Source of the DNA: Lysobacterales bacterium | Lineage (GTDB): Bacteria > Pseudomonadota > Gammaproteobacteria > Xanthomonadales > SZUA-5 | Reading direction: 5' to 3' | Length of the DNA stretch: 64,000 nt | NCBI GenBank assembly: GCA_022844165.1 | Contig: JALHMH010000003.1 | Span: forward strand, 128,001 to 192,000 | Part shown: in pieces, positions 58,425 through 64,000 of the stretch | Layout: each line of letters opens with the position of its first letter | Numbering within the stretch: position 1 is the stretch's first letter | Notes under the pieces: model-generated | What the model was told of the DNA's origin: nothing | What the model saw: the letters and a program-made list of their open reading frames with translations, nothing else | The model's database searches: none | Position numbers and translations under genes: made by a program

Positions 58425-58960
58425 ACGGCGTAGATTCCTCCCAGGTTGCGACCACGTTCGTGCATGTCCATTCCGCAGCCGAACACGTAGCGGTCGGGCA
58501 CCTCAAGGCCGACAAAATCGGCGCGCAGCCCTGGCACGCAGCGGTCGTGAAGTTTGCGCGCCAATACGGCGATTCGAACACTCCTGGCGCCGCCGCGCGT
58601 AGCCATTTCAACCAAAGCCGCCAGCGTTTTACCTTCGTCGAGAATATCGTCGACGAACAGCACATCGCGCCCGGTGAATGGCTGGCGTGGTTTCGCTTTC
58701 AGTTCCATCCATGCGCCAGTGGTGGCGCCGCGATAACGCGTTGCGTGCAGATAATCGAAATCCAGATCCAGGTCGATGCGCGGCGCCAATTTCCCAGCAA
58801 GAATCAGCCCGCCGGTGAGCACACAGATGTAATGCGGCCGCATGCCACGCATCGCGACCGTGATCTCATCGCCCATGCGCACAATGGCGCGATCGATCGA
58901 TGCTTCGTCGTGGATCAGGTCGGCTCGTTTGAGAGCGGCTTCGAATTCGGCATCGGTCAT
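58421..58960 (-). CDS. hpt: Hypoxanthine-guanine phosphoribosyltransferase
   Basis: DYLHATRYRG.T.G, VLFVDDILDEGKTL, PDRYVFGCGMD....RNL..IYA. Confidence 0.93.
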   Translation of the reverse strand: MTDAEFEAALKRADLIHDEASIDRAIVRMGDEITVAMRGMRPHYICVLTGGLILAGKLAPRIDLDLDFDYLHATRYRGATTGAWMELKAKPRQPFTGRDVLFVDDILDEGKTLAALVEMATRGGARSVRIAVLARKLHDRCVPGLRADFVGLEVPDRYVFGCGMDMHERGRNLGGIYAV

Positions 58961-59970
58961 AGGGGCGACGACTCATCAAACAGATTGTGCAGCCTAGCGT
59001 TCCAATGTGACCACGTCGAGCGTGCGAGTTCCTTCCGCAGCCCCGCGCGTAAGTCACCGCGCAAGGCGCCGGCCAGTTTGCGGCTGACAGCAAAGCCACT
59101 CGACACAGACAGCGCGTCTTCGACAATCTCCGGGCTGCAAACCAGAACCAGGTCGCAGCCTGCGGTGCGGTGTGCGTCGAGCCGTAGTTTGATCGCACCG
59201 AGCGCCGCGCCGGCCAACATGCCGATGTCGTCGGAAATCACAATGCCGTTGAACCCGAGTGCGCTCCGGAGCGCCGTCTTGATCCAGAACGGCGAGTACC
59301 CTGCGGCCTCGGGCGCGACCTGCGGGTACTCGACGTGACCCATCATCACCGCGCGCGCTAAAGCCCCGGCCATCGCGAACGGCAGCACGTCCTCTTCGAA
59401 GATCGCCAGCGACGGGCGCTGATCGATGGCGCGATCGAAATGGGTATCGGCCAGCACGCTGCCATGCCCAGGAAAATGCTTGAGCGTGGCTGCCATGCCG
59501 GCGCGCTGCATCGCATCGACGTATACCGTCACCAGTTCAGCACAAATCGCCGGATTGGCATGAAACGCGCGATCGCCGATCGCCAGGTTGCCACGTAACA
59601 GGTCCGCGACCGGTGCGAAGCTCAAGTCGAGGCCGGCATCCAGTACCTCGGCGACCATGATCGTTGCGTGCAAGCGTGCCGCACGCCGTGCGGCCACAGG
59701 ATTGCTGTCATACAGCGCGCCGATTCGCGCCAGCGATGGCAGTAGCGTGAACCCGGTCTTGAAACGCTGCACACGTCCGCCTTCCTGGTCGACCGCGATC
59801 AAGGTGTCGGGGCGCAGCGCACGGATGTCAGCACATAGTGCTCTGAGCTGTTGGCGGTCGGCGAAGTTGCGCGTGAACAGAATCACGCCCGCGACTGCCG
59901 GATGCGCGAGCCAGTGTCGTTCTTGCGGCGCAAGTTCAAGCCCGGCGAGGCCGATCATCAACGCGCTCAT
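58957..59970 (-). CDS. nagZ: Beta-N-acetylhexosaminidase (GH3)
   Basis: GVILFTRN, VDQEGGRVQR, SFAPVAD, KHFPGHG....DTH, ISDD.GM, AGCD..LVC. Confidence 0.95.
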   Translation of the reverse strand: MSALMIGLAGLELAPQERHWLAHPAVAGVILFTRNFADRQQLRALCADIRALRPDTLIAVDQEGGRVQRFKTGFTLLPSLARIGALYDSNPVAARRAARLHATIMVAEVLDAGLDLSFAPVADLLRGNLAIGDRAFHANPAICAELVTVYVDAMQRAGMAATLKHFPGHGSVLADTHFDRAIDQRPSLAIFEEDVLPFAMAGALARAVMMGHVEYPQVAPEAAGYSPFWIKTALRSALGFNGIVISDDIGMLAGAALGAIKLRLDAHRTAGCDLVLVCSPEIVEDALSVSSGFAVSRKLAGALRGDLRAGLRKELARSTWSHWNARLHNLFDESSPL

Positions 59971-60437
59971 CTGTGCCATCGCGTAAAAGGCAATTTCGCC
60001 AGGCGCACATTGTAGTAGCGCTCGTCGTTCGTCACCTCGATGCCGAGCCAATCCGGGCGAGGAAACTCCGCGTCCTCGTTGGGCAACTCCAACTCAGCGA
60101 CGATCAAACCGGAGTTTTCGCCGTGAAATTCGTCAATCTCGAACACGAAGTTCGCCATGTTGATGTAATGTCGAGTTTTACTCAACACCGGCCCATCGGC
60201 AAATTGCCTGATCATCTCGTGCGCCTCATCAACGGGGATGGCGTATTCGAACTCCAGCCGGGCCGCGCCGCGATCCAGGCTCTTCAGATTGAGCCATGCC
60301 GCCTCGCCCGCGATCCGCACTCGCGTCGAGCACCGTGTTCCGCCGAGATACGCCTGACTCATGTGTGCGCTACGTCCAACCAACGCACGCCAGCTGTCGT
60401 TGGCCAGCAAAAACTTACGTTCAATTTCGATGGGCAT
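59967..60437 (-). CDS. CYTH domain protein
   Basis: EIERKFL, R.EFEY.IP, KTR, EIDEF.GEN.GL..AE.EL, P.WLG.EVT.D.RY.N..LA. Confidence 0.95.
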   Translation of the reverse strand: MPIEIERKFLLANDSWRALVGRSAHMSQAYLGGTRCSTRVRIAGEAAWLNLKSLDRGAARLEFEYAIPVDEAHEMIRQFADGPVLSKTRHYINMANFVFEIDEFHGENSGLIVAELELPNEDAEFPRPDWLGIEVTNDERYYNVRLAKLPFTRWHR

Positions 60438-60524
60438 AACGCTCCCTGGAAGAGCACATTTTCGCAGCGCCGATTCAAGTATCGGCAGGTCCGGGCGCGG
60501 CGGCAGCCGTGCCCACTCCGGGCA

Positions 60525-61286
60525 TCAGCTGCGCAAGCCCACGCCCTGACGCAGCAGATGCAGGCAGAAGACGAATAACACCGCCGTCATGCCGATCATG
60601 ATGGCAAACGCTACCCACAGATTGACATCAGACTCGCCCAATACGCCATAACGAAAGGCATTGACTGTGTACAAGATCGGATTGGCGAGCGAGACGTTCC
60701 GCCAAAATTCTGGAAGCAGATTGACGGAGTAAAAAACGCCTCCGAGATAGGTCAAAGGGGTGAGGATGAACGTCGGGATGATCGAAATATCGTCGAACTT
60801 CTTCGCGTAGACCGCGTTGACGAATCCGGCCAGTGAAAACAAAACAGCTGCGACGAAAACACTGAGCAGCATGATCCACGGATGTGCAATCGACAAGTCG
60901 GTGAATAGCAGCGATACGATCAGCACGATGCCGCCGACGAGCATGCCGCGCATCACGCCGCCGGCGACATAACCGGCCAGGATGATCCAGTTCGGTGTCG
61001 GCGACACCAACAGCTCTTCGACATAGCGGCCAAATTTGCTGCCAAAGAACGAGCTGACCACGTTGGCATAGGCGTTCTGGATGACACTCATCATGACCAG
61101 GCCCGGCACGATGAAGTCCATATAGCGATGACCGCCCATCTCGCCGATGCGGCTACCCACGAGCTGGCCAAAAATCAAGAAGTACAGCGTCATGGTGATC
61201 GCCGGCGGTACCAGGGTTTGACCCCAGATGCGCAGAATGCGGTTAACTTCTTTGATGACGATGGTCTGGAATGCAATCAGCGACAT
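60525..61286 (-). CDS. yadH: ABC-2 transporter permease (YadH-like)
   Basis: RIWGQTLVPPAITMTLYFLIFG, YMDFIVPGL.MM.VI.NAY.NV.SSFF, PLTYLGGVFYS, NPILY.VNAFRYG. Confidence 0.93.
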   Translation of the reverse strand: MSLIAFQTIVIKEVNRILRIWGQTLVPPAITMTLYFLIFGQLVGSRIGEMGGHRYMDFIVPGLVMMSVIQNAYANVVSSFFGSKFGRYVEELLVSPTPNWIILAGYVAGGVMRGMLVGGIVLIVSLLFTDLSIAHPWIMLLSVFVAAVLFSLAGFVNAVYAKKFDDISIIPTFILTPLTYLGGVFYSVNLLPEFWRNVSLANPILYTVNAFRYGVLGESDVNLWVAFAIMIGMTAVLFVFCLHLLRQGVGLRS

Positions 61287-61356
61287 GGGACAGATGCTCG
61301 GAGCGGAACAACAATCGTCAGCGAAACAACAATCTTGGGGTGCGACGGCGAGTACA

Positions 61357-62283
61357 TCAGGCTGCTCTACCCTTGGCATCATCCAACAGATTCATGAACA
61401 GCTCTTCCAATCGGTTCGTCTTGTTGCGCATCGAGCGCACGCCGATGCCTGCTCCGCTGAGCGCGCCGAACAAAGCGTTGAGCTCAGTGCCGCGCGGCAC
61501 TTCGATTTCAATCGTCAACTCGTCGATACGCGTGACCCGATAGCCGCCAAGTTCAGGCAACGTTTCAATGGGTCGCGCCAGGTCGAAGATGAAGTGTTCC
61601 CGGTCTAGTTTGCCGAGCAGCTGTTTCATCCCGGTGTGCTCGATGATCGTACCGCGGTCGATAATGGCAATGTTCCGGCAGAGGTTTTCGGCCTCTTCAA
61701 GATAATGCGTCGTTAGTATCACGGTAGTGCCGGCACGGTTGATGTCTGTCAGGTAGGTCCACATCGAGCGGCGGATTTCAATATCCACGCCGGCCGTTGG
61801 CTCATCGAGAATCAGCAGGCGCGGCTCGTGCATCATCGCTCGCGCAATCATGAGCCGGCGCTTCATGCCACCCGAGAGCGTGCGCGACGCAACATCCTTC
61901 TTGTCCCAGAGGGTCAGCTGATTCAGGTACTGCTCGGCGCGGCGTTTGGCGAGTTCACGCGGTACGCCGTAATAACCGGCTTGGTTGACCAGGATTTCGA
62001 ACGGCTTCTCGAACTGATTGAAGTTGAATTCCTGCGGGACCAGGCCGATGTGCGCCACGGCTGCCATACGGTCGGTGACGACGCTTTTGCCGAAAATGCG
62101 CACGTCGCCAGAACTCGGGCGCACCAGCGAAGAGGCGATACCGATCAAGGTTGACTTGCCCGCGCCGTTCGGCCCGAGCAGCGCGAAGAAATCGCCTTGC
62201 GCCACGTCCAGCGAAATGCCTTTGAGCGCCTCGACACGATTGCCATAGGTCTTCTTCAGATGAGTTGCCGAAAGCGCGTGCAC
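61357..62283 (-). CDS. yadG: ABC transporter ATP-binding protein (YadG-like)
   Basis: GPNGAGKST, GLVPQEFNFNQFE, LSGGMKRRLMIARA, LDEPTAGVD, TTHYLEEAE, NRLEELF. Confidence 0.93.
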   Translation of the reverse strand: MHALSATHLKKTYGNRVEALKGISLDVAQGDFFALLGPNGAGKSTLIGIASSLVRPSSGDVRIFGKSVVTDRMAAVAHIGLVPQEFNFNQFEKPFEILVNQAGYYGVPRELAKRRAEQYLNQLTLWDKKDVASRTLSGGMKRRLMIARAMMHEPRLLILDEPTAGVDIEIRRSMWTYLTDINRAGTTVILTTHYLEEAENLCRNIAIIDRGTIIEHTGMKQLLGKLDREHFIFDLARPIETLPELGGYRVTRIDELTIEIEVPRGTELNALFGALSGAGIGVRSMRNKTNRLEELFMNLLDDAKGRAA

Positions 62284-62459
62284 TTGGGCTCAGGGTCGAC
62301 TGCGAGGCGGCGCAGTATAGAGGCAGGTCGGCGCCCCGAAACCTTCGGTCCGCCGTTCCTGATTCGCACTTCGGCGCTTTGCGACCGATGGCACCTGACA
62401 GCGAATGCCCTTTGCGCTAATGTCCGCGGTCATTTTTTGCACGTCGAAGGATTGCACCG

Positions 62460-64000
62460 ATGAGATCGCTTGCAGTGGCCGTCGCTCTGAGTTTCGCTGC
62501 ATCGCATGCAGTGGCTGTCGAAGGCATGTGGCAACCGCATCAGTTGCCGGCGATCGAGGCGCAGTTGAAGGCTGCGGGCATCGCCGTCGATCCGAAGGCG
62601 CTCAAAGAACTCACGCAGTATCCGATGAACGCTATCGTGGGCCTGGGTTTTTGCACCGCCTCCTTCGTTTCGCCGATGGGCCTTGTGGTGACCAATCACC
62701 ATTGCGCGTATGGCTCGATTCAATTCAACTCAACGGCGGAAAAGAACTTGCTTCGCGACGGCTTTCTGGCGGCGAATCTGGGCGATGAGTTGCCTGGCGA
62801 ACCGACGCTGCGGGTTTATGTGACCGAGTCAATCACCGAAGTGACCGACAAGGTGCGCGCTGATCTGAGCGATACGATGAGCGGTCGTCAGCGTTTCGAT
62901 GCGATCGACAAAAACCAAAAAGCGCTGGTTGCCGAGTGCGAAGCCACCAAGGGCTTCCGTTGCGATGTTTACGTGTTCCATGGTGGCGCATCGTATTTTT
63001 TGATTCGGCAGATGGAAATCCGCGACGTGCGTCTGGTGTACGCGCCCGCCGAAGCGATCGGCAAGTTTGGTGGCGATATCGATAATTGGATGTGGCCTCG
63101 CCACACCGGCGACTTTGCGTACTATCGCGCCTACGTGGGACCTGACGGTCAGCCGGCAGATTTTAACGAAGCCAACGTGCCATACCGGCCCAGGTCGCAT
63201 CTAAAAGTGCAGCCAGCAGGCGTGAAAGAGGGCGATTTTGCGATGATCGCCGGCTATCCGGGGCGCACCAACCGATATCGGCTCAGCGAAGAGGTTGGCG
63301 ATGTTATTTCCTGGGGTTATCCGACCCAGATTCAGCGCTTCAAGGACTTACTCGCAATCATCGATCGCGAAACCAAAGACCGGCCAGACGCAGCGATCAA
63401 GTACGCAGGCGCGGTCGCCGGTCTCAACAATGGGCTGAAGAACTTCGAGGGCAACCTCGAAGGGTTCGCCAAAATCGATGGCGTCGGCATCAAGCAGGCA
63501 GAAGAGCAGGCGATCATCGAGTGGGCAAAAACCAACGATCCGGCCGGTGTCGCTGGGTTCGATGCATTAAAATCGATGCTCGCCCAAACACGTGCTCGCC
63601 GCGACCGCGATCAACTGCTGGGATTGATGGCACAAAGCGGCGCACTCACCACAGCGCAAACGCTGTATCGGCTTGCCGTCGAGCGGCGTAAGCCGAACGC
63701 CGAGCGTGAAGTGGGTTTTCAGGAGCGCGACGAGATCCGCATCGAAGGGCGGCTCAAGCAGCTCGATCGTCGTTACGACCCACAGACCGATCGTGCGCTA
63801 CTCACCTATGTGCTGGGCGAGTACTTAAAGCTCCCCGCCGAGCAGCGTGTCGCCGAGCTCGATCGCTGGATGGGTGGTGATGAGTCGCCGACGTCAGCGC
63901 TGCTCAACGAGCGTCTGGATGATCTTTATGCAAAGACCAAGGTTGGCGATCTCGAGCAACGCCTGAAGTGGTTCAAGGCAGACCTCGCTGCGCTTGATGC
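62460..64000 (+). CDS. S46 family dipeptidyl peptidase (DAP BII/DPP7-like), runs off the window end
   Basis: Not in the ORF track (no stop in window). Translated by hand: MRSLAVAVALSFAASHAVAVEGMWQPHQLP..., CTASFVS..GLVVTNHHCAYG.IQ, DVRLVYAP...IGKFGGDIDNWMWPRHTGDF, AGYPGRTNRY. Confidence 0.93.
   Translation, partial: MRSLAVAVALSFAASHAVAVEGMWQPHQLPAIEAQLKAAGIAVDPKALKELTQYPMNAIVGLGFCTASFVSPMGLVVTNHHCAYGSIQFNSTAEKNLLRDGFLAANLGDELPGEPTLRVYVTESITEVTDKVRADLSDTMSGRQRFDAIDKNQKALVAECEATKGFRCDVYVFHGGASYFLIRQMEIRDVRLVYAPAEAIGKFGGDIDNWMWPRHTGDFAYYRAYVGPDGQPADFNEANVPYRPRSHLKVQPAGVKEGDFAMIAGYPGRTNRYRLSEEVGDVISWGYPTQIQRFKDLLAIIDRETKDRPDAAIKYAGAVAGLNNGLKNFEGNLEGFAKIDGVGIKQAEEQAIIEWAKTNDPAGVAGFDALKSMLAQTRARRDRDQLLGLMAQSGALTTAQTLYRLAVERRKPNAEREVGFQERDEIRIEGRLKQLDRRYDPQTDRALLTYVLGEYLKLPAEQRVAELDRWMGGDESPTSALLNERLDDLYAKTKVGDLEQRLKWFKADLAALD

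Overview
GC-rich gammaproteobacterial chromosome segment; gene content and order (yerC/trpR-like + his operon, ntrX-trkA-trkH, mtaP-hpt-nagZ-CYTH, S46 peptidase) point to Lysobacterales/Xanthomonadales (Ahniella/Dokdonella-like; inference). About 50 CDS, mostly housekeeping, interspersed with four secreted multidomain proteins (three large beta-propeller proteins and one esterase). No rRNA, tRNA, CRISPR array, integrase or transposase was recognised. Most notable: (1) three otherwise different exported proteins end in the same C-terminal peptide (D/S)-x-LF-x-[DNS]-GFE, a candidate uncharacterised sorting/anchoring signal, and a fourth carries a tandem C-terminal SGxWF[DN]P module instead; (2) a BacNav-fold voltage-gated channel with a TMEGWAD filter, matching the TLEGWVD type of the Ca2+-selective CavMr; (3) pssA translationally coupled to a GAF-PP2C-RsbW fusion, then a STAS protein, a lone MlaE and a DUF481 barrel, suggesting partner switching tied to envelope lipid handling; (4) a chromosomal AAC(3)-I-like aminoglycoside acetyltransferase with no integron context; (5) several intergenic repeat families and a promoter/operator at the his operon. 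All calls were made by eye from sequence motifs, with no database searches.
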